Under the pieces are notes generated by a model. The model worked only from the letters and a program-made list of their open reading frames with translations, was not told where the DNA came from and ran no database searches. A DNA stretch of 64,000 bases from an uncultured bacterium (GTDB lineage Bacteria; Krumholzibacteriota; Krumholzibacteriia; LZORAL124-64-63), in contig CAVSGO010000003.1 of assembly GCA_963727525.1 (NCBI GenBank), forward strand, positions 160,001 to 224,000, in the 5' to 3' direction. The position numbers and the translations under genes are program-made. Positions 1 through 10,064 of this stretch are shown here, piece by piece. The first letter of the stretch is position 1. Each line of letters begins with the position of its first letter.

Positions 1-537
1 TGGCTGGTGGAGGCCAAGCAGAGCGTGATCGAGAACATGGCGCCCGTCCTCACGCGCCTCTTCACGCCGCTCTTCGCCGCTGTACTCGTGGCGTTTCTGG
101 TGACCCTGGTGGTCACCGGACACGGAATCGACATCGAGCGAAACGTGCTCATCGCTTTCGACCTGCTCCTGGCGGTGGTGCTGGGCCTGGTCCTCTACGC
201 GGCATCCGCACGCGATCATGGCACGCCTCCCGGCATCTTCGACGGGCTCCAGGTGGTGCTGCTAGTCAGTGCGCTGCTGGCCGACGCGGTGGCGCTGTGG
301 GCGATCGCCGCCCGCATCTCCGAGTTCGGCTTCACACCCAACCGCGTGGCGGCGCTCGGTGAGAACGTGATCCTGCTCGTCAACCTCGCCTGGTCGACAG
401 TGCTCTCTATGAAGTTCCTAGGCGGCCGCGGCTCGTTCGCGACCCTTGAACGCTGGCAGACAGACTACCTGCCGGTATATGCCGCGTGGGCGGCCGTCGT
501 GGTGGTCGTCTTTCCGCCGGTGTTCGGGTACGTGTGA
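1..537 (+). CDS. Integral membrane protein, 5'-partial (DUF4153/permease-prefix-like)
   Basis: Frame is open from base 1. Several hydrophobic TM segments and the motif RISEFGFTPNRVAALGEN. Confidence 0.7.
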   Translation, partial: WLVEAKQSVIENMAPVLTRLFTPLFAAVLVAFLVTLVVTGHGIDIERNVLIAFDLLLAVVLGLVLYAASARDHGTPPGIFDGLQVVLLVSALLADAVALWAIAARISEFGFTPNRVAALGENVILLVNLAWSTVLSMKFLGGRGSFATLERWQTDYLPVYAAWAAVVVVVFPPVFGYV

Positions 538-556
538 CCTGGCGCCCATGCGTACG

Positions 557-594
557 ACCGGCGAGGTCGTCCCCGTGGGGGCGGCCTCGCCGGT
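557..594. terminator. Strong GC hairpin between convergent genes
   Basis: accggcgaggtcgtccc-cgtg-ggggcggcctcgccggt, located between the stops at 537 and 633. No U-tract. Confidence 0.5.
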
Positions 595-632
595 GTCATC
601 CGACCCTGCGCCGGGCCGCGGGTGCCGCGATG

Positions 633-2048
633 TCAATCGTGGCTCGCGATCCACTCCCAGACCGGTTGCCAGAACATCTGCGCGGAGATCGCGGCGGTGA
701 AGATGTTGACGTGGCCGATGTCCAGACGCTTCTCGCCCTGGAGCTGGACGTCGAGGAGGGTGACGTCGTCCGAGCCCGAGAGCAACGACGCCGTATCGTC
801 CATGAGGTCGCCCCAGCTCCCGTGCGCGCCCAGAAAGAAGACAGGCACACTTATCTCCCCCAGGTGGTCGTCGTACGGCGAGTTCCCCTCGTCGCAGTGG
901 ATCAGCGTGTTGTCGAGGTCGAACGGATTCGAACCGTAGCTATTGAACTGGCGGAGCCACCCGAGATAATGACCGACGTCGGTATACTGGAGATCGATGA
1001 CGTTCTCGTCGGCATCGAAAACGCCTGCCAGATAGTGGACGTCGGGATCGGGCATGCCGAACGCCACACCCGTCACCGCCCCGACGAAGAGAGCCGCATG
1101 CAGGTTGTCGAGCCAGTCCACGATCTCGGAGTCGCCGCTGGGGTCATCCTGACCGAGAGACCCCAGGGTCTGGAACAGTAAGCCATAGTCATTCTGATAG
1201 ACGCCACTCTGGACGAGGTCGGTGACCTCGGGTAGCCAGTCGCATTCACTTTGCCGCCAGGCCTCGTCGTTCGTCTTGTAGAAGAAGTCGACGGGAATGT
1301 ACCCGCCGATCTGACGCTGCCACGCCGGGAGCTGGGTCTCGAGGTCCAGGGCCGCGAAGCCGGTCATGGAGCCGGTGCTGTACCCCAGCAGGTTCATCCT
1401 GTCGTAGCCGCTCCCGGTCAACAGACGCGTGAGACGGGCGACGGCCATGCCCGTCCGCACGTTCTGCGCATCGAACCGCAGATCCCAGTTGGCCATGAAC
1501 GAGAAATCCTCGGTGTCCTGCGGCAGCAGTGTGTAGGCCTGGTCGATGCCCCACACGTCTACGTCGTGCTGCGCGAGGTACACTGCGAACGATTGATCCG
1601 CCGGTATCTCGGGGACGACTGCACCGGGCAGGAACATCACGGTGAAGTGGCCGGGCGTACCATGTACCGCAAAGAGCGACCTGTGCGTGCGGATCGGCCG
1701 GAAGGGACGCCGCTCCTTGACGACGCGATGCAAACCCACCACGTCATAGGGTCCGGGGCCGACGCGTAGACGGAAGGAATAGTGAACGATGTCGCCCACG
1801 ACCGACTCCCGTTCGATCTGCCATAACTGACATTTCTCGAGCCAATCACCACCAGGATTGTCAAGGACGACGGGATTCCCGTTCTCGTCGACAGCCGGCC
1901 AACCGGTCGATCTTACGAGAGCCTGAGCCACCGCCTCAGGGTCGACATACGACCGCGTGATGGCGGACTGGTCGATCGCGGGAGACGTGGGTGTCTGTTC
2001 CTGGCAGGCGACGGGCAGAAGCAATACGAGAATACAAACTGACCACAT
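633..2048 (-). CDS. Alpha/beta-hydrolase lipoprotein
   Basis: Lipobox-like LLPVAC, oxyanion-like HGTPG, nucleophile GYSTG and a C-terminal GH. The SD-associated ATG at 2063 is followed by TAA (see findings). Confidence 0.75.
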   Translation of the reverse strand: MWSVCILVLLLPVACQEQTPTSPAIDQSAITRSYVDPEAVAQALVRSTGWPAVDENGNPVVLDNPGGDWLEKCQLWQIERESVVGDIVHYSFRLRVGPGPYDVVGLHRVVKERRPFRPIRTHRSLFAVHGTPGHFTVMFLPGAVVPEIPADQSFAVYLAQHDVDVWGIDQAYTLLPQDTEDFSFMANWDLRFDAQNVRTGMAVARLTRLLTGSGYDRMNLLGYSTGSMTGFAALDLETQLPAWQRQIGGYIPVDFFYKTNDEAWRQSECDWLPEVTDLVQSGVYQNDYGLLFQTLGSLGQDDPSGDSEIVDWLDNLHAALFVGAVTGVAFGMPDPDVHYLAGVFDADENVIDLQYTDVGHYLGWLRQFNSYGSNPFDLDNTLIHCDEGNSPYDDHLGEISVPVFFLGAHGSWGDLMDDTASLLSGSDDVTLLDVQLQGEKRLDIGHVNIFTAAISAQMFWQPVWEWIASHD

Positions 2049-2196
2049 TACACGCCTTTACATGAGATGCCTCCTTTGGTATGAAGTTACTTCAAGTAGA
2101 CTCGATATCGAGTCCAGGAATCCGACGGCGATCGCGATGGGATCGCGCCCGCCATTGGCAACGGACTTGCCTACGGATGCGGCTGCCGGCGCGTCG

Positions 2197-2784
2197 TCAG
2201 TGGCGTAGACCCACCATCAGACCCAACCCGGCAATATGGCGATCGATCATCGTAGCGGATAGCTCGGTGATGACGTTGTTGCTGACGTGCGCACCGATTC
2301 CAGCTCCGACGGAAATTCCGAAATCCGTGCTGCTGTGGGTTCCGCCGATGTCGACCGACAGATGATCCGCTGCGAAACCGACTTTTCCGAGCACGTAGAC
2401 ATCTCGGCCCACTCGCGCGACGTTGTATATACCGATGCTCCAGAGCCGCCATGTCCACTGCGAGGCCAGTGCGTCGAGCTGCGCCTGGTTCAATTCATTC
2501 GCGTTATCATAGTAGCTGTAATGCTGCACCGGTGCGACGGATCCGTCGGAGACCGATGTCAAGCCCGACAGCTCGACAGAGAATTCGACATCCCGTGTGC
2601 GACCAACGACCTTGCCCATCGTGCAACCAATATTGTTCGGGCCGTCCGATAGGGGCTGGCCGTCGTCGCTGACCGACGTCGTGCCGAAACTCGCACCGCC
2701 ATAGAATTCCTGCGCCCCGAGGCCGGTTGCCGCGATCGTTGCGACAGCCATGACCAGAATATTCCTCATATGTCGTTGAATCAT
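2197..2784 (-). CDS. Small outer-membrane beta-barrel protein (OmpA-like TM domain)
   Basis: Signal peptide ending LGA-QE, then FYGGASFG, alternating beta strands, and GISVGAGIG near the C-terminus. Confidence 0.65.
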   Translation of the reverse strand: MIQRHMRNILVMAVATIAATGLGAQEFYGGASFGTTSVSDDGQPLSDGPNNIGCTMGKVVGRTRDVEFSVELSGLTSVSDGSVAPVQHYSYYDNANELNQAQLDALASQWTWRLWSIGIYNVARVGRDVYVLGKVGFAADHLSVDIGGTHSSTDFGISVGAGIGAHVSNNVITELSATMIDRHIAGLGLMVGLRH

Positions 2785-2807
2785 GAGACACGCCTCCCAT
2801 CACGGCT

Positions 2808-4547
2808 CTAGTTTGGATCGCTGCCGTCGCCGCCCAGCTCCATTAGAATCAGCTCCTCGGAATTGCTGCTCGTGCCGGCAACGACGATGCGCTCACCCTG
2901 CATGGCGACCACGCTGCCCGAGACGCTGTGGTCGAGGCCCTGGAAAGTCCGTTCCCAGACCAGGTTGCCGTCGAGTGCCAGCCGGGCGACGTACATGACA
3001 CTGCCGGATGAACTCGACGACGAACGACACGTCGCCAGGATCACCACGCCACCGTCGGGGGCTCCGCACAGCGATGCGAGATCGCAGCTGCTGTATTGCG
3101 GGATCGCTAGCTGGGAGTCCCAGATCCAGATGGTCGAACCATCCTGAGCGAGCTCGTGGAGATAGGTGCGGTAGGTCCCGCCGTCGGAGACGGTAAGCGC
3201 AGCCGTACAGGCGCCGTCAGGACCAACGGCGATCTCCCGTCGATACGATGTGCCGTTGTAGTTGATCGCCCGTTCCCAGATCGTCCCGAAGTTCGTGTCT
3301 ATTTCCGCGATGCGCAGATCCTGGTTCGCGATCCTCCCGTAGTAGATGCATCGCGATCCGTTGTCGGCCAGCTCGATGCCGTCGACCGCGCCGGGGAGCG
3401 GCCCCAGCGTCATCTGTACGATGACGTTTCCCTCGGTATCGGTGCGGACGAGATCCGGTCCACCGTAGTTGTCGAAAGACATCCACATGCCGAACTCGCT
3501 CGTCGTGCGTATGCCCGTCGGTGTGTCCCAGCCGGAGTAAGTACGGGTTCCGTATGCGATCCCGTCCCCGTGCATCTTTATGAGCACCACGTCGTTGTCG
3601 TATGACGACGTCGGCGTCAGGACGAAGACATCTCCATTGGCATCGACCGTGCTTCTCGATTCGCTGGCGGAGTATGCTCCCTGGCCATGGCTCCAGGTCG
3701 TACTGGAGGCGCCGAGTGTCCAGCGCGCAAACCACAGTTGAGATCCGGACACCCCCTGTACCAGGAAAGCGCCGTCCGGAAACACAGCCAGATCTCGGAT
3801 GACGGTGAGGTCGTCGAGGGCGTGCGTGTAGCGAGCGTTCGCGTGAACGGAGAAGCGCCAGGTGGCGCTCCATCCCGTCGTCCAGCCATCCGGCGATGCC
3901 ACCCGTCCCCGCCAGTAGTGGAGACCGTCGGCGGCCGCTACGTCGAATTGGGCGTTGTATGAACTCGCCGTGGACATGGTGGCGGCTTCGGTGAACAAGC
4001 TGTCGGATGCGATCTCGACGGTGTAGGTCAGTTCGTCGTAGCTGTTCGGCTGGTAGTCCGCCATCTGCAGCTCGAGGTTATTTCCGAAGATCACGGTCAA
4101 GCCATCGGCTGGCCTGGAGAGCGCTGGCCATGAGAATGAACCGTTCGTGAAGGTGACCTTGACCGAGTCTTCGCCGACGGAGGCGTAGGCGTCGGCGGCC
4201 GCGACGACGATCGTGAGGGTGTCGTCCGGGCCAACGTATAGTGCCGGCGAGATACTGTTGATGGAGAGGTAGCTGTTGCCTCTTCCACTGTAAACCAGAG
4301 AGTCGTTCATGAACGTCGTAATCGCACGAACTGATCCGTCAGTGATATCGGCTGTCACCATGAAAGTGTCGTAGTAGTCGAGTATCGCGCCGTCGAATGG
4401 CGCGGTGATGCGGACGACCGGGGCACGGTTCGATTCCGCGCCGATCGGGGTATCGAGGTCCAGGCCGTCCTCGGAAGTGGGGAGCAAGCATGATGACAGG
4501 GCCGGCAAGAGCACACACGCGAGGATGATCGAGCGACGTGGTGACAT
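2808..4547 (-). CDS. Lipoprotein with Ig/FN3-like domains and a C-terminal beta-propeller
   Basis: MSPRRSIILACVLLPALSSC lipobox with SD aaagga; NRAPVVRITAP Ig-like start; YWRGRV...WSATWRF FN3-like; repeated DG..W motifs. Confidence 0.7.
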   Translation of the reverse strand: MSPRRSIILACVLLPALSSCLLPTSEDGLDLDTPIGAESNRAPVVRITAPFDGAILDYYDTFMVTADITDGSVRAITTFMNDSLVYSGRGNSYLSINSISPALYVGPDDTLTIVVAAADAYASVGEDSVKVTFTNGSFSWPALSRPADGLTVIFGNNLELQMADYQPNSYDELTYTVEIASDSLFTEAATMSTASSYNAQFDVAAADGLHYWRGRVASPDGWTTGWSATWRFSVHANARYTHALDDLTVIRDLAVFPDGAFLVQGVSGSQLWFARWTLGASSTTWSHGQGAYSASESRSTVDANGDVFVLTPTSSYDNDVVLIKMHGDGIAYGTRTYSGWDTPTGIRTTSEFGMWMSFDNYGGPDLVRTDTEGNVIVQMTLGPLPGAVDGIELADNGSRCIYYGRIANQDLRIAEIDTNFGTIWERAINYNGTSYRREIAVGPDGACTAALTVSDGGTYRTYLHELAQDGSTIWIWDSQLAIPQYSSCDLASLCGAPDGGVVILATCRSSSSSSGSVMYVARLALDGNLVWERTFQGLDHSVSGSVVAMQGERIVVAGTSSNSEELILMELGGDGSDPN

Positions 4548-4804
4548 CACGGCGGGTCCTTTCGAGGAGTGATTATGGCGAAGCGATAAAGCCACGAGAA
4601 ACGTCGATATACGATCACGAAATCCGACCGAGCGTTACACCATGTATGATGTGTGTCAAGCGGATTCGGATCGCCAGGAGTAGCATTTCGTGAAGCCCCA
4701 CATTTTATAGATTTTGCGGGACGAAATATGCCGGTCTCGTTCATTGGTAATGGTGCATGATGCTGTCTTACGGGACTCCGGTCCGAGGCCACGGAGGTGA
4801 TACG

Positions 4805-7273
4805 ATGCCCAGGCGCGTGCCAGGAGTGCGAAACGGATTCGTCATGGTCGGCGTCGGGATGCTCGCGATGGTGATGGTGGACCTTGTCGCCGGCGGCCGG
4901 ATCGACACCGCCCGGGCGAATTGTATCGACTACCTCGGCAACTCGGTCAACGTCGGCCGATTCGACACGCCCGGACACGCGCGCCGTGTCTCGATATCGG
5001 GTCACCTGGCATGTGTCGCGGACGAGGAGGGCGGTCTGCGCATCATCGACGTCGAGGATGACCGCATGGTCCGGTTCGTGGGCTACATGGTGTTCCCATC
5101 ACGGGTTCTCGATGTCTTTGCTCGCGGCGATATCGTGTATCTTGCCGACAGCCAGGACGGGATGCGCATCGTTGACATCAGCGATCCGGCGGCACCAAGC
5201 TTGGAGAAGTCGGTGTACGTCTCCGGTGAAGCGCGAGGCGTAATCGTCGTGAACGACCGCGCCTACGTCGCGGCGGGATCGCAGGGTTTGCGCATCGTGG
5301 ATGTCGCGGACATCGCACAGGCGGCGATGGTCGGCGGTATCGTGACGGCCGGGCCGGCCAACGATGTCGATGTCCGGGACTCGTTTGCCTATGTTGCGGC
5401 GGGAAACGCGGGACTGCTGATCGTCGATATCGGCGACGATACGGCGCCACGACTTGTCGCGACGGTCGCCGTCGGTGGCGTGGCGAATGCCGTGGCGATG
5501 CGCGAATCCGTGGCAATCGTCGCGGCCGGTGATGCTGGTGTCGCGATCGTCGATGTCGAGGATCCGGAACATCCGGTGCTGGTATACGTGGCCCACGTGG
5601 GGGGCGATGCACTGGACGTTGTCGTGACTGACGGGTACGCGGTGGTCGCCGACCTCGCGTCTGGAATCTTGGTCATCGATATCAGCGACCCTGGCTCGCC
5701 CGCGGTGGTGGGCGGTCTGGATCTTGCGGGTGACGCATCGGGCGTGGCGATAGGGGGACAGCGCGCCTATGTCGCGACCGGCGACGCCGGGCTCACGATC
5801 GTCGATCTCTCCGAGCCCACGGATCCCCGGCTACCGGAGACATTGTGGCTACCAGGTGACGCGCTCGGGATCGCCGTGGCCAGCAGATTCGGCTACGTCG
5901 CGAGCCGCTGGGCGGGCTTGCAGGTGGTTGCCTTCGTTGGTGACGGGGAGCTGCAGCGTACCGGGAACGTGGGTACCGTCGGAGAGGCCCAGAGTATCGT
6001 GCTCCAGGGTACGCTCGCCTACGTCACGCAGTCCTATTTCGGTCTGGTCGTCATCGATGTGGAGAATCCCGAAGACCCCGTGATCATGGGAAGCGTTGAT
6101 ACGCAGGGAGTTGCGCGCGGCCTCGCGGTCTCTGGCGGCTATGCATATATCGCCGACGGAGAGACGGGCCTGGCCGTGATCGATATCGCGAACGCGGCCG
6201 CGCCGCATGTCGTGGCGAATCTCATTCTGCCGGGCATCGCTCGCTCGGTCGTGGTCATGGGCGAGCGGGCTCTCGTCGGGAGCTCGGGGTATGGAATCCC
6301 GATCGTAGATATCTCGAATCCCCGTGTCCCCGTTCTCGCGGGATCGGTGCCGGTATACGGTTTCGCCACAGATATGGCCGCGGCGGGTGACTTCGTGGTC
6401 GGCGTCGGTACTTCCGGCCTCGCGGTCATCGACGTGGGCTCACGGGAGCAACCGACCCTGCTGGGACAGATCAATCTGCAGTCGAATCCACGGAGCGTCA
6501 CCGTACGCGCCGATCACGTGTACGTGGGGAGCGAACTGAGCGGTATGCAAGTCGTCGACATCGGTGATCCGACGACCCCCGTGCTCCTGGGCAGCCTGCA
6601 GACGGCCGAGGAAATCCTGGACGTGGGGCTGACCGACGAATGGGCATTGGTCGCGGGACCGACTGGGCTCGTCGCCGCGCCACTGCAGTGTGGTGACGAG
6701 ACGGCGACATATCTCGATTTCTTCACGTTGTCCCCGCAAGATGGCCAGATCGACATCTGTTGGCGGGTGGGTTTGGCGTACGGAACGCCCGAGTTTCAGC
6801 TCACGGGTACCTGCAGACACGAGTGCTGGAACGTACCATTCGCGGCCGACGGCACATACGGGGACTTCGCAGCGGTGGATCGTGTGGGTGCTTTGCACGA
6901 CGACGCGACGGTGACCTACGAACTTCGCGGCCGCGACAGCGCCACGGACTGGTCGGTTGTCGCTTCCGCGTCAGCGCGACCCGTGTCCTCGCGGCGCGCG
7001 AGCACAATCGTCGGCATCGCGCCCAATCCGTTCAATCCCGTCGCTACGATCAGTTTCGAGTGCGCGGCCGCGAGCGCCGTGAGGCTGACCATCCACGACC
7101 TCGCTGGTCGCTTGGTGGCATGTCTCGTCGACGGGCCCATGGCGCAGGGGCGCCACCAGCAATCATGGGATGGTCGGGATCGTGCGGGCCGCCCCGTGCC
7201 CGCGGCCATGTACGTGACGCGCCTCGTGACGGCCGATCGGGTGGTCAGCCGCACGCTCACCATCGTGAAGTAG
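4805..7273 (+). CDS. LVIVD-repeat secreted protein with FlgD-Ig/T9SS-like C-terminal domain
   Basis: About 14 repeats of AYVA....GL.IVD.SDP; C-terminal APNPFNP...WDGRD..G..V....Y...RTLTIVK; SD ggaggt before ATG 4805. Confidence 0.85.
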   Translation: MPRRVPGVRNGFVMVGVGMLAMVMVDLVAGGRIDTARANCIDYLGNSVNVGRFDTPGHARRVSISGHLACVADEEGGLRIIDVEDDRMVRFVGYMVFPSRVLDVFARGDIVYLADSQDGMRIVDISDPAAPSLEKSVYVSGEARGVIVVNDRAYVAAGSQGLRIVDVADIAQAAMVGGIVTAGPANDVDVRDSFAYVAAGNAGLLIVDIGDDTAPRLVATVAVGGVANAVAMRESVAIVAAGDAGVAIVDVEDPEHPVLVYVAHVGGDALDVVVTDGYAVVADLASGILVIDISDPGSPAVVGGLDLAGDASGVAIGGQRAYVATGDAGLTIVDLSEPTDPRLPETLWLPGDALGIAVASRFGYVASRWAGLQVVAFVGDGELQRTGNVGTVGEAQSIVLQGTLAYVTQSYFGLVVIDVENPEDPVIMGSVDTQGVARGLAVSGGYAYIADGETGLAVIDIANAAAPHVVANLILPGIARSVVVMGERALVGSSGYGIPIVDISNPRVPVLAGSVPVYGFATDMAAAGDFVVGVGTSGLAVIDVGSREQPTLLGQINLQSNPRSVTVRADHVYVGSELSGMQVVDIGDPTTPVLLGSLQTAEEILDVGLTDEWALVAGPTGLVAAPLQCGDETATYLDFFTLSPQDGQIDICWRVGLAYGTPEFQLTGTCRHECWNVPFAADGTYGDFAAVDRVGALHDDATVTYELRGRDSATDWSVVASASARPVSSRRASTIVGIAPNPFNPVATISFECAAASAVRLTIHDLAGRLVACLVDGPMAQGRHQQSWDGRDRAGRPVPAAMYVTRLVTADRVVSRTLTIVK

Positions 7274-7296
7274 CACGCTCCCGACGCCGCCCGCTC

Positions 7297-7320
7297 CTAG
7301 CGGAACAACTAGCGGAACAA
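7297..7320. repeat. Perfect 12-bp tandem duplication (ctagcggaacaa x2) spanning the stop codon of the 7309-8205 gene
   Basis: Read directly: 7297-7308 is identical to 7309-7320. Confidence 0.9.
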
Positions 7321-8205
7321 CGACTTCACGTCGCTCCAGCTTGCGGTCTGCGTGCCGACCGGCAGGGCGGTCAGTGCGAGGTCCTGGAAGAGGAGCGTGT
7401 CGCCCTCGTAGTCGTGCATGTAGTCCGGACAGTCGGGGCAATCGACGACGGCGAAGGGGGTGGACTCCTCGTGCATCGCGACCGGCCCGACATCGGGCAC
7501 GTAGAAGACCTGGCCGCGGTACTCGCCGTGGATGCTCCCGAGCAACACGCCTTCCTCGGTGACAAAGTCCTGCCAGCCCAGGTCGACGAGGTAGTCCATC
7601 TGCACGGCGTCGGTGAAGGTGCTGACCGGCGTGGACACGGTCGCGTCGATGGCGGCGACGGTGCCGTGCAGGAAGATGTCGTCGGCGAACTCGGGTACGA
7701 GTTGCAGCACGAATGACGCGCCGACCGTGAGATCGCTCTCGACGTAGATCCAGGTGAGGTGGGAGAAATCGGGCTGCCACATCTCGATGTCGTCGGCAGT
7801 CTTCAGGAAGTAGCCACCGTGGAGGAAGTCGGGATTCCAGGATCTCTGGGGCCTGTTCTGCCCGTAACGCGCGACGATGGCCTCGCGAAGATCGGGCCGG
7901 CCCTGCCAGACCATCGCCAGGGGGAACGGGAGGTCCGGCGCGGTGGCGACCGCGGCCGGGATGTCACCGTGTTCGGCCAGCAGGACCTGGGCCGTGCCAC
8001 CCGGCGTGCCAATGGTGCCTTCGAGTGCGAGGAACGCGGACGTCGTGGCATCGACCGGCTCCGGGAAGACCTGGACGACGTGATAGTCGAACTCCCAGCG
8101 CGTCCCATCGGGATTCGGCCAGAGCGAGTCGAGGGTGGGCTGGGCCACCGCTGCGGCCGCGACGAGCACCGCGACCGAACAAAGGATGAATACGAAACGT
8201 CGCAT
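7309..8205 (-). CDS. Secreted hypothetical protein with C-terminal WSDVKSLFR tail
   Basis: Sec signal peptide (AVA-QP) with SD gaaagga. Ends ...ALPVGTQTASWSDVKSLFR. Confidence 0.8.
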   Translation of the reverse strand: MRRFVFILCSVAVLVAAAAVAQPTLDSLWPNPDGTRWEFDYHVVQVFPEPVDATTSAFLALEGTIGTPGGTAQVLLAEHGDIPAAVATAPDLPFPLAMVWQGRPDLREAIVARYGQNRPQRSWNPDFLHGGYFLKTADDIEMWQPDFSHLTWIYVESDLTVGASFVLQLVPEFADDIFLHGTVAAIDATVSTPVSTFTDAVQMDYLVDLGWQDFVTEEGVLLGSIHGEYRGQVFYVPDVGPVAMHEESTPFAVVDCPDCPDYMHDYEGDTLLFQDLALTALPVGTQTASWSDVKSLFR

Positions 8206-8375
8206 GCCGGTTCCTTTCTCGTGGCGATGGCACTGAAATTACATGATCAGTGTATCACATCCGCGACGTTTCGAACAAGGCGCCGGGGCAGCGCTCGGCG
8301 ACCGCATGTGCTACGTTTTGCCGCTGAAATCTCGCGACCCCGGGGTTGCGTCACCTCCGTCGAAGGGACCGCACC

Positions 8376-8756
8376 ATGTCCAAGCAAGCCATCGTCTCGC
8401 CCGACCTCGCGCCTCCGGTGGGGCCGTACTCCACGGCCGTGCGCGCCGGGGGATTCGTCTTCCTGAGCGGTCAGATCGGCCTGGATCCGGGTACGAGAAA
8501 GATCGTGGCCGGTGGGGTCGAGGCGCAGACGGAGCAGCTCTTCCGCAACATCCGCGCCGTACTCGAGGCCGCGGGGAAGACCATGGACGATGTCGTGCGC
8601 ACGTGCGTGTACCTCACGGACATGGCCGATTTCGGCACCATGAACGCGATCTATGCGCGACAGTTCAAGGAGCCCTTCCCGGCGCGCACGACGATCGCCG
8701 TGACAGCGTTGCCCATCGGGGCGACAGTGGAGATCGATCTCGTCGTGGAGGATTGA
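8376..8756 (+). CDS. ridA: RidA/YjgF family reactive-intermediate deaminase
   Basis: PPVGPYS, VFLSGQIG, MNAIYARQF...PARTTIAVTALP...VEID. Confidence 0.9.
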   Translation: MSKQAIVSPDLAPPVGPYSTAVRAGGFVFLSGQIGLDPGTRKIVAGGVEAQTEQLFRNIRAVLEAAGKTMDDVVRTCVYLTDMADFGTMNAIYARQFKEPFPARTTIAVTALPIGATVEIDLVVED

Positions 8757-8765
8757 GGTCGGGAT

Positions 8766-10028
8766 GGAATCGCAACAGTTCTGACGTGCCACGAAGAATG
8801 TTGACGGGTCCAGCGCTTGCCTGGGCCCGTCTTCATGAACACCAAAACCCTCACTTCATGCCCTACGCTTCCTCCCCACTGCCCCAACCCTAACTGCAAA
8901 TACCACAAGCCTCAGCCGCAACCCTGGCCCTTCGCGCTCTTCGGCACCTTCTCCCGAAAATCCCCACCCTACACCGTCCAACGCTACCTCTGCCTGGCCT
9001 GCGGCAGGACCTGCTCAGACCAGACCTTCCGCACCACATACTGGCTCAAACGCGCCGATCTCCTGCCCAAGGTCCACAAGCACGCCGTCTCAGGCGCCGC
9101 CAACCGCCAGATCGCCAGGCTCCTCGACACCTCGCCGACGACCGTCGACAACCTCCTCGCCCGCCTCGGCCGACACTGCATCCTCTTCCATCGACACCTG
9201 GTGTCCCGGGCGTCACCCTTCGTGGACATCGCCATCGACGGCCTCGTCACCTTCGAGCACTCCCAGTACTTCCCCTACGAGATCGTCACGGCCGTCGATC
9301 GCCCCTCCAGCTTCATCATCCACTTCGCCGAGGCCGAGCGGCGACGCAGCGGGGCGATGACCGACGAGCAGAAATGGAAACGGTCCCTCTTCGAACAAAA
9401 CTATGGACGGCCGGACCCCAGGTCGTTGATGCGGGCGCTGCTCGAGGTGCTCTCGGTCTCGCTCGACGGCGCCACCGAGGCCCACATCTGGAGCGACAAG
9501 CACAAGACCTATCCCTACGCGATCGCGAAGCTACGGTATTGCAAGGTGATCCACGAGACGATCGACTCCCGTCAGCCGCGGACGAGTCGCAACCCGTTGT
9601 TCGAGGTCAACTTGCTGGACATGTTGCTGCGGCATTGTCTGAAAGACCATACGCGGGAGACGATCGCGTTCGGGAAGCGACGGCAGCATTCGATCTACCG
9701 GCTGGCGATCTTCCTGGTGTGGCGCAACACGATCAAGTTGCGTCGGGAGAAGCGGTGCTGGAGCACGCCGGCGATGCAGATCGGGATCGCCACGAAGCCC
9801 CTGACCGAGGAGGAGGTGTTGTCGCGGCGGCTGTTCGTGTCGCATATCGAGTTGCCGCCGTTGTGGGATGACTACTACTGGCGACGGGTCGAGACGCGGC
9901 CATTGAAGGTGAACCGGAGGCACGTGCTGACGTACGCCGCGTAGTGAGTCTGTCAGGCGTGGCGGGGAGTGCCCGGGCTCAAGGCGCCAACAACATTCTT
10001 CTTGGCACAACCCAACGCTTGATTGGCC
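8766..10028 (+). mobile_element. Insertion sequence, IS1/IS1595-like
   Basis: Imperfect ~38-bp terminal IRs with an 18-bp core: gtgccacgaagaatgttg (8786-8803) vs caacattcttcttggcac (9991-10008), one mismatch. Single transposase ORF. No TSD seen. Confidence 0.75.
8835..9944 (+). CDS. IS1-family-like transposase (Zn finger, HTH, DDE-type core)
   Basis: CPNPNC...QRYLCLACGRT zinc ribbon; NRQIARLLDTSPTTV HTH; IAIDG, IWSDK, and TPAMQIGI motifs. Confidence 0.8.
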   Translation: MNTKTLTSCPTLPPHCPNPNCKYHKPQPQPWPFALFGTFSRKSPPYTVQRYLCLACGRTCSDQTFRTTYWLKRADLLPKVHKHAVSGAANRQIARLLDTSPTTVDNLLARLGRHCILFHRHLVSRASPFVDIAIDGLVTFEHSQYFPYEIVTAVDRPSSFIIHFAEAERRRSGAMTDEQKWKRSLFEQNYGRPDPRSLMRALLEVLSVSLDGATEAHIWSDKHKTYPYAIAKLRYCKVIHETIDSRQPRTSRNPLFEVNLLDMLLRHCLKDHTRETIAFGKRRQHSIYRLAIFLVWRNTIKLRREKRCWSTPAMQIGIATKPLTEEEVLSRRLFVSHIELPPLWDDYYWRRVETRPLKVNRRHVLTYAA

Positions 10029-10030
10029 GT

Positions 10031-10064
10031 TTCCTATCACCTCACGATTCCTATCACCTCACGA
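10031..10064. repeat. Perfect 17-bp tandem duplication (ttcctatcacctcacga x2) spanning the stop codon of the 10054-12276 gene
   Basis: Read directly: 10031-10047 is identical to 10048-10064. Confidence 0.9.

Noticed and set aside
8228-8243. Sigma54-like promoter TGGCAC-N5-TTAC upstream of ridA
   Set aside because: Lacks the essential -12 GC.
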